DNA from: a virus
Lineage: Duplodnaviria; Heunggongvirae; Uroviricota; Caudoviricetes
DNA length: 64,000 bases
Strand: one strand, 5' to 3'
IMG/VR virus record: IMGVR_UViG_3300014039_000029
Location: 1-64,000 of that record
The stretch's first letter is position 1. The number at the start of each line of letters is the position of its first letter. This document shows, in pieces, positions 1 through 8,091 of this stretch. The translations under genes were made by a program, and so were the position numbers. The notes under the pieces are model-generated. The model worked only from the letters and a program-made list of their open reading frames with translations. It was not told where the DNA came from and did no database searches.

Positions 1-567
1 TATAACACAAATTTTTGGGTAATTTTCTTTGATATTTAGACAAAATCTAAATCTTAACTGACCTTAAAGAGATTTGGATGTTATCATTTTTATGCTTACT
101 TTTGCACTCGTCAAGTTACGATTGACGATAAGAAGACATAGATTTTATTGTAGCCTTCAATAGGTAACGATATATTTTAAATCCCCTTAGTTGGTCGTAA
201 CACAACTTTGGGGATTTTCCATTTTCCTAAGTTGCAAGGCAAGTCAAGGCATAAGATTCGGCTAGATACCTTCCGCATTGCTGAGACTCAAAAATCACAA
301 GGAAGACTCATGGTGAAGTGCAGGATTAATTGCAGAAGGCACGAGAAGGATTGAAAGCTATGTTTCAAAAGCTGCAAAGCCGATTCACGCATAGATTTGT
401 GATAGGTCGACGGAAGGGGCGAATATACGGTCTCCACCTGGTGAATCCTTCGCCCTCAATGCAACATTTGAGGGTAAGGGGGATTTTACTTTTCTCAGCT
501 AACGTGCAACCAGTTCCTGTTTTAAGCCTAGCGGAATAAAAATATTAATTATAAAAAATATATCGTT

Positions 568-1326
568 ATGAAAAAAAATAATTATAATCAACCTAGCGTG
601 CACGTACCCACGCGTAAGGAGTTTGACGAGTATGTTTCTAGCAGAATGAAGCTAGATGATAAAGAATGGGAAGATGCCATTTGGAATTTAGCCCAAAAAG
701 TGGGTTGGAAAAAGAAAAATGGCGACGCACCTAATCATTGGCATTCGTTGGTTTCTGCATATCATGGAGTTTTGTTAGGTAAATGGAAAAGAAAGCCTCA
801 TCTACGAGAGGAAAAATCCACGACAGCAAAACCTAAGCACGAAAAGACCATCATCAACGAGATTGAAGAGGAATTTCCCGACAATGGTTTGCACTATGTG
901 GCTTACACAGATGGCTCTTGTGATAATTTGTCGCAAACAAAAGCAGGAGGTGCTGCTTACATAATTCTCAAGGACGGCGAGGTCATCAAGATGAAAAACC
1001 ACGGACAGCTGAACACCTCAAACAACCGCATGGAACTTCTTGCCATTATTAGTGCTGTTAACGCTTGCCCTGATGGCGCATATATTGACATCTATACCGA
1101 TAGTCAGTATTGCGTCTTGGTCTTGTCTAAGTCTTACAAGCCTAAGAAGAACCCAGACTTATACGAACTTTACAAAAAATGTGCTGCTCACGTTGCAGGA
1201 GTTCGCTTCCATTGGGTAAAGGGACACGACGGAAACAAGTACAATGAAATGGCTGACGAACTAGCGTATGGTGCCTATTGCGACATCTGCGACCAGTATA
1301 GCATAGAAAAATCTAAAAGACATTGA
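568..1326 (+). CDS. Ribonuclease H (RNase HI-like) with an N-terminal extension of about 100 aa
   Basis: The C-terminal 150 aa carry the RNase HI signature: YTDGSC, NNRMELLAI, YTDSQY, WVKGH and NEMADELA. Confidence 0.85.
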   Translation: MKKNNYNQPSVHVPTRKEFDEYVSSRMKLDDKEWEDAIWNLAQKVGWKKKNGDAPNHWHSLVSAYHGVLLGKWKRKPHLREEKSTTAKPKHEKTIINEIEEEFPDNGLHYVAYTDGSCDNLSQTKAGGAAYIILKDGEVIKMKNHGQLNTSNNRMELLAIISAVNACPDGAYIDIYTDSQYCVLVLSKSYKPKKNPDLYELYKKCAAHVAGVRFHWVKGHDGNKYNEMADELAYGAYCDICDQYSIEKSKRH

Positions 1327-2042
1327 GTATGGCACAAAGAACAAAGGAAGAAGAACTTAATATCGTCTTGAAGAACTACGACAAGATCAAGGCGGAGCGT
1401 GACATCCTCAAAAAGGAGAACGAGGACTTGAAGAGCAAGTTGACTCAGCAAGAAACCTTGTACAAGAATATGCTTACAACCTATTCCGAGAGAAAGGAAA
1501 TCTTGCCTAAGAAGTGGAACGGAGAGAAAATCCGTGCCAAGTTCGATAATTTGAACAATAGATATGAAAAGCTTCAAGCTGTCTATAGCAAGCAACAAGA
1601 GTATATTGAGTTGAAGGCTGTAAAGTTAAAAACGTTTGCCGACGAGAACATCAAGCTTAGAAACATGATAGATTCTTTGCGTGGTGCACTCTGTAGCGCA
1701 TATACCAAGGCTGATATGTTCTGCAACGATTTGAATGTATCCAAACGTGGCGAGGATTGTCTTAACCAAGAGTTTGATGGGAATGCTGTCGTTAGTAATC
1801 CTCAAAAGATGCCAGTGAGCGTTGTCGAGTATCAGCAACAGCAATTCATCAAGTATATTCGTGATGTTGTCGATATTTACAAGAAGACCGGCACGCTCAA
1901 TGGCATAGCAAGGCTTGCGCAGAAATATTCTGTCTCAGCCATCACGAAGGTTAAGTTCTTCCAGTACAGGCTGGACGATGAGCCGCTATCCGACAAGGAG
2001 ATTCTAGAGGTTTATGATTTGCTAAAGAAGAAAAAAATATAA
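1323..2042 (+). CDS. Hypothetical coiled-coil protein
   Basis: Long ORF whose start overlaps the stop of the RNase H gene. The N-terminus is K/E-rich with heptad-like spacing. No recognisable catalytic motif. Confidence 0.5.
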   Translation: MSMAQRTKEEELNIVLKNYDKIKAERDILKKENEDLKSKLTQQETLYKNMLTTYSERKEILPKKWNGEKIRAKFDNLNNRYEKLQAVYSKQQEYIELKAVKLKTFADENIKLRNMIDSLRGALCSAYTKADMFCNDLNVSKRGEDCLNQEFDGNAVVSNPQKMPVSVVEYQQQQFIKYIRDVVDIYKKTGTLNGIARLAQKYSVSAITKVKFFQYRLDDEPLSDKEILEVYDLLKKKKI

Positions 2043-2054
2043 ATATTTGGAGTT

Positions 2055-2264
2055 ATGAAAAAGATTAAGTGGAAAGTTATGTTGTTTGTAGTGTGGCTAC
2101 TCTCAACATTGATGATTCTTAGCTTAAGCCTTAGGGCTGTTAGTAAGGCGGACACCACCTTGAACATTATTGGAGTGATAGCTTTCACCCTGTGGATATT
2201 GTTCTCAATCGCAACAAATTGTTTAACATTTAAAAACAACAAGAAAGATGAACAAAAAAATTAA
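2055..2264 (+). CDS. Small membrane protein (two predicted TM segments)
   Basis: 69 aa with two hydrophobic stretches. Its end overlaps the next gene's start. Confidence 0.35.
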   Translation: MKKIKWKVMLFVVWLLSTLMILSLSLRAVSKADTTLNIIGVIAFTLWILFSIATNCLTFKNNKKDEQKN

Positions 2265-3054
2265 TCGTTTGTTTTTGGTAACGCTGCTTGGTGCAGCATT
2301 GTTTTCGACCACCTCATGTAGTGAGCGTGTAGATGCTGGTTCTGAGGGTATCTTGGTCAACCTCTATGGTTCAGATAAGGGTGTTGATGATGTGAGCCTT
2401 GTCACTGGTCGTGTTTGGTACAATCCTTTCACCGAAGAGGTGTACGAGTACCCAACATTCGTGCAGACTATCGACTACCCACCTTTCACCATCAATGCCA
2501 AGGATGGCTCGGAGTTCACCGTTGATCCTACAGTGTCTCTCAAAATGGTGGATGGCAATGCGCCAAAGGTGTTCAAGAAGTATCGCAAGGAGTTGAAGGA
2601 CATCATCAATGGTACTTTGTTCAACTATGTGAAGGATGCCTTCCGCATTCAGCTGAACAAATACACCACTGACCAAATCGTCAGCAATCGTGACTTGGTG
2701 GAGAAGGCTATCGAAGCCCAACTTAGCAAGGCACTCGCCAAGGAACACTTCCACCTAGAGCAGCTTACTTCTGGCTTGAAGTACCCAAGTTCTATTGTCG
2801 AAGCCGTCAATCAGAAGAACAAAGCCATCCAAGAAGCACAGAGAGCACTCAACGAGGTTGCCGTAAAGAAAGCCGAAGCCGAGAAGATGCTTGTGCAAGC
2901 CAAGGCAGAGCGTGAAGCCAACGAGTTGAAGACCGCATCGCTCACTCCTGCCATCTTGCAGAAGATGTGGATTGAGAAATGGAATGGCGAAATTCCACAG
3001 GTTATAACCAGTGGAAATAGCAGTACATTTTTGGATATTAGCAAATTGAAGTAG
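2248..3054 (+). CDS. SPFH/band-7 (prohibitin-like) domain lipoprotein
   Basis: Signal peptide with lipobox (LFSTTSC). SPFH-like core followed by a C-terminal coiled coil (AEAEKMLVQAKAEREANELK). Confidence 0.65.
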   Translation: MNKKINRLFLVTLLGAALFSTTSCSERVDAGSEGILVNLYGSDKGVDDVSLVTGRVWYNPFTEEVYEYPTFVQTIDYPPFTINAKDGSEFTVDPTVSLKMVDGNAPKVFKKYRKELKDIINGTLFNYVKDAFRIQLNKYTTDQIVSNRDLVEKAIEAQLSKALAKEHFHLEQLTSGLKYPSSIVEAVNQKNKAIQEAQRALNEVAVKKAEAEKMLVQAKAEREANELKTASLTPAILQKMWIEKWNGEIPQVITSGNSSTFLDISKLK

Positions 3055-3062
3055 TAACAACC

Positions 3063-3082
3063 GCCCTCTCTTCGGAGGGGGC
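3063..3082 (+). terminator. GC-rich hairpin immediately after the SPFH gene (no clear U-tract)
   Basis: Stem cCCTC/GAGGg with a tcttcg loop, 8 nt after the stop codon. Confidence 0.35.
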
Positions 3083-3097
3083 TTAAATGTAGAACTT

Positions 3098-3367
3098 ATG
3101 ATAAAGAAATTTGTAAGTAAATCCGTCAAACCATTCAAGGCTGTTCAATGGGATGGAGCAAATAAATCCGATGTAATTGATTTCGTTGGTAGTAAAAATG
3201 TAATCCTAGTAGATGACGAACATAAGTTGATAATCTTACAATCTTTCAAAAAAAAGCTTGTAGCAGAGGTTGGTGATTTTATTATATTTAAGCTAACACC
3301 GTTTGGACGATTTGTTGCTGTTGTTTCAAAAGATGACTTTATGTTTACATTTACGGAGGCTAACTAA
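3098..3367 (+). CDS. Hypothetical protein
   Basis: ORF in a compact + strand array. Confidence 0.4.
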   Translation: MIKKFVSKSVKPFKAVQWDGANKSDVIDFVGSKNVILVDDEHKLIILQSFKKKLVAEVGDFIIFKLTPFGRFVAVVSKDDFMFTFTEAN

Positions 3368-3377
3368 AATAGCATTT

Positions 3378-3626
3378 ATGAGCAGAAGAAACGAAAAGTA
3401 TTTTACAGGTGCGGAATGGTGTGATAATTGCTATCTGTACATCTTCGGGTATGGCAAGAAGCGTGGTAAGCAATGCGATTTCAGCTGCATCGGAGCACCA
3501 TTTCCTTGCAGATATTACATCAGCGCTTACTGGAAGATGATGCGTTTCTACCATTATCACAAGAAAAAGCCGAAATTCCCGACCACGCTAGAAGCTTGGA
3601 AGAATAGAGTAAAACTACCATTTTAA
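3378..3626 (+). CDS. Hypothetical Cys-rich small protein
   Basis: ATG at 3378 in the frame of the 3303 ORF. Several Cys residues (CDNC...CDFSC...C). Confidence 0.4.
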   Translation: MSRRNEKYFTGAEWCDNCYLYIFGYGKKRGKQCDFSCIGAPFPCRYYISAYWKMMRFYHYHKKKPKFPTTLEAWKNRVKLPF

Positions 3627-3639
3627 AATTAAATAGCTT

Positions 3640-3945
3640 ATGATTACACAAGAGACTTATGAAGCATTGAAGAATGCTAGAAAGAAACTCACAAACTGGA
3701 AAGGCGATGTAAAGCCTATTTTGTTCAAAGGCGATGCGGAAGAACTTTACAACCTTCTAGATACCACCATCCGTCAGTTCGATGGTGAGAATGAAATGAG
3801 GAACGTTCCCGAGCGTATCTTCCTCAACATTGGAGAGGACACACCCGATGGTGCCGACTTCAACGGACTTGACGAGGTGACATGGAGTAAGGAACGTGCT
3901 TCTATCAAGGATATTGAATACGTTAGAAAGGATGTCTTAAAGTAA
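3640..3945 (+). CDS. Hypothetical protein
   Basis: ORF of 101 aa. Confidence 0.45.
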   Translation: MITQETYEALKNARKKLTNWKGDVKPILFKGDAEELYNLLDTTIRQFDGENEMRNVPERIFLNIGEDTPDGADFNGLDEVTWSKERASIKDIEYVRKDVLK

Positions 3946-3995
3946 GCAGAAAAGGAGAGCTTAGTGCCCTCCTTTTTTGTTTGGTATCATAGGAA

Positions 3996-4376
3996 CTATC
4001 CTAGCTTTCCTTCCCACTTTTCCTTAACGAACTCCTGCTTGTTGTCTATCTTGTTTTCGATGATCTTGCTCAGTCGGTCGATAATGCCCTCCTGTACAAG
4101 CATCTTCACCTTAGCGTCAGCCAACTCCCTTGTGATTTCCTCGCTTGTTGGCTCATCGCTCACAAACATCGTACCCTTACCACGTAAAAGCCATTCTGCC
4201 GATATGTCCACGTACTTAGACAATATGGCATCTACAAAATCCATTGATGGCTCCTTTGTACCATTTAAATAATTGTTTGTCGCAGCTGGCTTAGCCCCTA
4301 TCTCAGCTGCAAACCCTCTGTTAGACAGCCTAAAATGGTCTTTAATCTCGTTTATTCTATCTTTAAGTCCTTTCAT
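3996..4376 (-). CDS. XRE-family helix-turn-helix transcriptional regulator (candidate phage repressor)
   Basis: N-terminal HTH_3-like segment (LSNRGFAAEIGAKPAATNNYLNGTKEPSMDFVDAI). It is divergent from a small + strand HTH gene. Confidence 0.7.
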   Translation of the reverse strand: MKGLKDRINEIKDHFRLSNRGFAAEIGAKPAATNNYLNGTKEPSMDFVDAILSKYVDISAEWLLRGKGTMFVSDEPTSEEITRELADAKVKMLVQEGIIDRLSKIIENKIDNKQEFVKEKWEGKLG

Positions 4377-4532
4377 AATTCCTATTGTTTATAAATGTGT
4401 AAATATACTAAGTAATTATAAATAAATGCCTACAAACGTAGATATGTGCCTACGATTTATTATCTTTGCACTCGTAAATCAGTTCAATACTGATACAAAT
4501 ATAGTTTAATGTTGCAAAGATAAACAAAAAAT

Positions 4533-4736
4533 ATGGTAAAGATAGCAAAAATTCAGAAAATTTTAATCGACGAGGATAAAATTCCTAAGTTGATTAGAGA
4601 TTTCGGCTGTAGCAGAGCTTCTGTTTACAATGCCATTGCGTTCCGAACGAACAGCAAACTATCCGAAAAGATAAGGAACCAAGCCTGCAACAGGTATGGA
4701 GGTCAACTCGTGAAGGTTCCCGTAAAGATAAGATAA
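4533..4736 (+). CDS. Small DNA-binding protein, Cro-like candidate
   Basis: 67 aa with an HTH-like segment (IPKLIRDFGCSRASVYNAIAF). It is divergent from the XRE repressor. Confidence 0.4.
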   Translation: MVKIAKIQKILIDEDKIPKLIRDFGCSRASVYNAIAFRTNSKLSEKIRNQACNRYGGQLVKVPVKIR

Positions 4737-4885
4737 AGAAAGCCGTTTGGCTCTTAGATAAAAATGGTTTTAGCGTTATAGATTTTAATTTTTCAAACCT
4801 CTCTCGTTCGAGAGAATAGGAAAAGGTTGTATCCATTAACTGAATTGAATTTTATACTTTATTTAATTTTACACTTTGCCCTTCG

Positions 4886-4899
4886 GTCTGTGAGGATAG
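4886..4899 (+). repeat. Copy 1 of the motif GTCYGTGAGGATAG(N7-9)TTTT, directly upstream of the tRNA-like gene
   Basis: A near-identical copy lies at 5545-5558. Confidence 0.5.
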
Positions 4900-4910
4900 A
4901 ACGGCATTTT

Positions 4911-4979
4911 GGCAGGCTAGCTCAGTGGTAGAGCGTTCGCTTAGGCGAAAGGTCGAGTGTTCAATTCACTTTCCTGCCT
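4911..4979 (+). tRNA. tRNA-like gene with an abnormal anticodon arm (possible tRNA pseudogene; anticodon not assignable)
   Basis: Cloverleaf elements are present: acceptor GGCAGGC/(T)CCTGCC, D-arm GCTCAGTGGTAGAGC, T-arm GAGTG-TTCAATT-CACTT. The anticodon stem TTCGC/GCGAA encloses only a 4-nt loop (TTAG), and total length is 69 nt. Confidence 0.5.
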
Positions 4980-5544
4980 CAATATCGTTATTGAATATTG
5001 TTATTAAGTTCCTAGAATGGTGACAAAAGAGCGGTAAACCAGTCCAGTGGCACAATCAATCAAAGAGAATAATTATTTGCTTATTTCATCGCCACAAACC
5101 ATAAGGAAATAGCGTGGGCTGCTATTCTACCAACACCTTCTTATATATAGCAATACCAGTGACAAAGCCAAACACCCATCGTAAGGGCGACAGAGCAATT
5201 GTTCTTTGACATGTTGAAGAGTATTAAGTCCTAAATATCGGGCTGCGTGGTGTGGAGTTGAATGTTGATTAGCCATATATAATGTTAAACAAAATCCTCG
5301 CAACCCAACACAGGGTGAGCATGGCTCTTAAATTCGTGGCAGCGCACGATGCCCTCAATCCTTTGCATAGTGTAAAGGAGCACGTCCGTGAACTTATTGT
5401 GTAAATCCTTAACAAACAGTCTTATCAAACACGGAAAGAGGCAGTTCGATTCTGTCTGCAAAGACTATCTCAATTACATTTTTTATCTTTGTGCAGCGGC
5501 ACACCAATTAATGATTTTGACTTGAAATAAGTTAATCCTGCCAG

Positions 5545-5558
5545 TCCGTGAGGATAGG
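5545..5558 (+). repeat. Copy 2 of the motif GTCYGTGAGGATAG(N7-9)TTTT, about 30 nt upstream of ORF 5593
   Basis: cagtccgtgaggataggtaggtttt compared with cggtctgtgaggatagaacggcatttt. Confidence 0.5.
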
Positions 5559-5592
5559 TAGGTTTTATAAATCTGTAAACAATTGTTGATAT

Positions 5593-5802
5593 ATGATAGA
5601 CTTGACAAAAACCACACTCTCCGCTTATCAGCAAAGAGTGTACGACATATATATGCAGCTAGCCCGAAACCCTTGGTGTAGCCTAGGGCATTTCGAACTT
5701 TGCTACAGGCGCATTTCGATACTCAACTCTAAGATAAAGAGCATCCGAAAGGCAATCAGAACTAGTGAAATCCAAAAAGAAGAGAAATATGACATTACAT
5801 AG
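5593..5802 (+). CDS. Hypothetical small protein
   Basis: ORF of 69 aa. Its end overlaps the start of the NinG-like gene. Confidence 0.3.
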   Translation: MIDLTKTTLSAYQQRVYDIYMQLARNPWCSLGHFELCYRRISILNSKIKSIRKAIRTSEIQKEEKYDIT

Positions 5803-6292
5803 GAAGACCCCATTGAAAAGAACTCCGTTCAAGAAGCCTGCACCTTGGGAAGTCAAGGCAAAGGCACAGGAGAAGAAGAAAGCCAAGGCAGGACTTAGCA
5901 AGCCAGCACTTGTCAAGAAACTTGATAAGGTGTTTTCCGAGTTCATCCGCTTGCGTGATACGAAAGAATGGGGCTTTAAATATGGTCGATGCATATCTTG
6001 TGGTCGTATCCTTCCTTGGTCGAAGCTTCAATGCGGGCATTATTACTCACGCACAAAGATGAACACGAGATTTGATGAGGAAAATTGCAATGCAGAGTGT
6101 ATTTCTTGTAATATTTTTTCAGCAGACCATCTGATAGGTTATAGAAAGAATCTCATCAAGAAAATAGGAGAGAAGGAGGTGGCTATGCTCGATATTCGGG
6201 CGCATCAAACCAAAAACTACTCCTTGTTTGAACTACAGCTCCTCATCACGCATTATGAGGAAGAAGTAAAGAAACTAAAAGATAGCTTATGA
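5765..6292 (+). CDS. ninG: NinG/Rap-like recombination protein
   Basis: FIRLRD...CISCG...CGHYYSR...RFDEEN...CISCN pattern as in lambda NinG. Confidence 0.8.
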   Translation: MKSKKKRNMTLHRKTPLKRTPFKKPAPWEVKAKAQEKKKAKAGLSKPALVKKLDKVFSEFIRLRDTKEWGFKYGRCISCGRILPWSKLQCGHYYSRTKMNTRFDEENCNAECISCNIFSADHLIGYRKNLIKKIGEKEVAMLDIRAHQTKNYSLFELQLLITHYEEEVKKLKDSL

Positions 6293-7044
6293 CAGACGTT
6301 ATTAAGAAAGAAACAATGACCTCGCTAGAGATAGCAGAGGTTACAGGCAAGCGACACTCAGACGTGCTTGAAGCAATCAGGAACATGGAACCAGCTTGGG
6401 AAAAAGTAGCCCAACGGAAATTTCCGCTCGGCTCTTACAAGGATGCCAATAACCAAGACAGACCTTGTTATATGCTTAACAAAACGGAATGCCTGTATGT
6501 CGCAACTAAATTCAATGACGAGGCGAGAGCCAAGCTTGTGCTTCGTTGGGAAGAACTAGAAACCAAGGAAGCCTCCATTACAAAAGTTCCTATCACCTTT
6601 GCAGAAGCCCTTCGTCTAGCCGCCGACCAAGCGGAAAAGATAGAAGCGCAGCAAAAGCAACTTGAAGCTAACTCGAAAGAGATAGTAGAGTTAAGCGGAA
6701 CAATCGCCACCATGCAGCCAAAGGTAACCTATGTTGATAAGATACTTGCAAGCAAGGAAACCGTTACCACCACGCAGATCGCCCAAGATTACGGACAGTC
6801 CGCCAAGGCATTCAATATCTTGCTTCGCAACTATGGCATTCAGCGTAAGGTTGGAGGTCAGTGGATTCTATACGCAAAGTATCTTCCTTGCGGTTATGTT
6901 CAATCGGACACAATATCGATTGAGCACAAAGATGGCTCGTCTGGTTCGGTAATGCACACCAAGTGGACACAGAAAGGAAGGCTTTTCTTATATGAAGAGC
7001 TAAAGAAACACGGACATTTACCATTAATAGAAAAGGAAAATTAG
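6289..7044 (+). CDS. Phage anti-repressor (Rha-like N-terminal domain plus KilA-C/ANT C-terminal domain)
   Basis: N-terminal SLEIAEVTGKRHSDVLEAIRNM...CYMLNKTECLYVATKF (Rha family). C-terminal VTYVDKILASKETVTTTQIA...WILYAKY (KilAC-like). Confidence 0.75.
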   Translation: MTDVIKKETMTSLEIAEVTGKRHSDVLEAIRNMEPAWEKVAQRKFPLGSYKDANNQDRPCYMLNKTECLYVATKFNDEARAKLVLRWEELETKEASITKVPITFAEALRLAADQAEKIEAQQKQLEANSKEIVELSGTIATMQPKVTYVDKILASKETVTTTQIAQDYGQSAKAFNILLRNYGIQRKVGGQWILYAKYLPCGYVQSDTISIEHKDGSSGSVMHTKWTQKGRLFLYEELKKHGHLPLIEKEN

Positions 7045-7050
7045 TAATAT

Positions 7051-7575
7051 ATGAGCAAAATCGGTACAAGAATCGTAGTGGATGCTATTCCATTCCACTT
7101 CCCAACTAAGGCGCACGAAACAGATGCTGCCTACGACCTCTACAATGCTAAAGACGTAGAGGCAGTTCCAAACACAAGGGTTTATGTTCCTCTTGGTTTC
7201 AAGATAGCCCTGCCTACCAATATGGCGATGATTATTCAGCCACGCAGCGGTCAGTCGGGCAAAGGTATGATAGCATTCGCTTGCTATCCTAAATGGCTTA
7301 GATGGATTTCTTGCATACCTGCAAGAATCCGCATCAATGCCGATGCAATCGTTGGATTGATAGATTCTGGCTACGGAGGGGAAGTACAGGCTATCATTAA
7401 GTTCGGACGATTCCGCTTGAAGCATCGCATCCTCCGCCTTCTCGGTTTTAAGATAATTATTGGTGCCAATAGCTGCATCTGCCAGGGACGCATAGTTTAT
7501 GTTCCACAAACGAATCTCATTGCAGGATTAGTCAACGGAACTCGAAGCGGTCTAGGTTCAACGGATAAACAGTGA
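7051..7575 (+). CDS. dut: dUTPase (trimeric type) with an insertion between motifs II and III
   Basis: Motif I AAYDLY, motif II PRSG, motif III GLIDSGYGGEV, motif V-like TRSGLGSTDK. There are about 20 extra residues between motifs II and III. Confidence 0.6.
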   Translation: MSKIGTRIVVDAIPFHFPTKAHETDAAYDLYNAKDVEAVPNTRVYVPLGFKIALPTNMAMIIQPRSGQSGKGMIAFACYPKWLRWISCIPARIRINADAIVGLIDSGYGGEVQAIIKFGRFRLKHRILRLLGFKIIIGANSCICQGRIVYVPQTNLIAGLVNGTRSGLGSTDKQ

Positions 7576-7775
7576 TGGACGAGCAATATATCATCGGCAA
7601 AATCCAAGAGCTGATGCCCGATGAGCATCATATCCCGCACGGCGTACTCTACTCACAGTTGAAGACCGCCGTACAGAAAGACCTGTCGGAAGCCCTTAAC
7701 AATCTCCTCAAACAAGAGGAGATTGCTTTCCACAAGACCCTCAACGACATATTAATAAATATACCAAATGAGTAA
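7572..7775 (+). CDS. Hypothetical protein
   Basis: 67-aa ORF. Confidence 0.4.
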   Translation: MMDEQYIIGKIQELMPDEHHIPHGVLYSQLKTAVQKDLSEALNNLLKQEEIAFHKTLNDILINIPNE

Positions 7776-8091
7776 AAAGAACATCAAACAAAATTACCTC
7801 CTCCAAATCAAGAACATTCTTAAGAAGGTGGAGAAGTCTCAGGATGCAGCCGGTCATTTCCGCTGCCTAGTCCTTATGGGCGATAAGCAGGAGCAGAAAG
7901 CCTACTCCTATCTTCATGCCTCAAACGAGGACTTGAAGAACCTCATCCTATCGGCAATGCGTAATAGCGACCGCTTTACTTCGGCAGCAGCGGAAGCCTT
8001 CATGCAGTACGACAAGGAACTGAGTGAAAAAGAAAAGTCAGAAACCAAAAACAAAAATAACAATGAAGAAAATCCTATTCGAGAAGATTAA
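7768..8091 (+). CDS. Hypothetical protein
   Basis: 107-aa ORF. Its 3' end overlaps the start of the ATPase gene. Confidence 0.35.
   Translation: MSKKNIKQNYLLQIKNILKKVEKSQDAAGHFRCLVLMGDKQEQKAYSYLHASNEDLKNLILSAMRNSDRFTSAAAEAFMQYDKELSEKEKSETKNKNNNEENPIRED

Noticed and set aside
330-539. 69-aa ORF in the left leader
   Set aside because: It lies in an AT-rich noncoding leader and has no start context or recognisable protein features. It is probably a chance ORF.
5361-5465. Second complete tRNA ending in the T-arm-like GGCAGTTCGATTCTGTC
   Set aside because: The only complementary 5' acceptor candidate (CTTTGCA at 5361) gives a 104-nt molecule with no pairable anticodon stem. It is kept only as a T-arm-like fragment.
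4980-5592. tmRNA (ssrA) hypothesis for the 600-bp noncoding block
   Set aside because: The T-arm-like element is not followed by the CCCC...ACCA acceptor. No GGGG 5' end or ANDENYALAA-type tag reading frame was found.
7024-7509. 161-aa minus-strand ORF overlapping dut
   Set aside because: It is antisense to a gene with clear dUTPase motifs.
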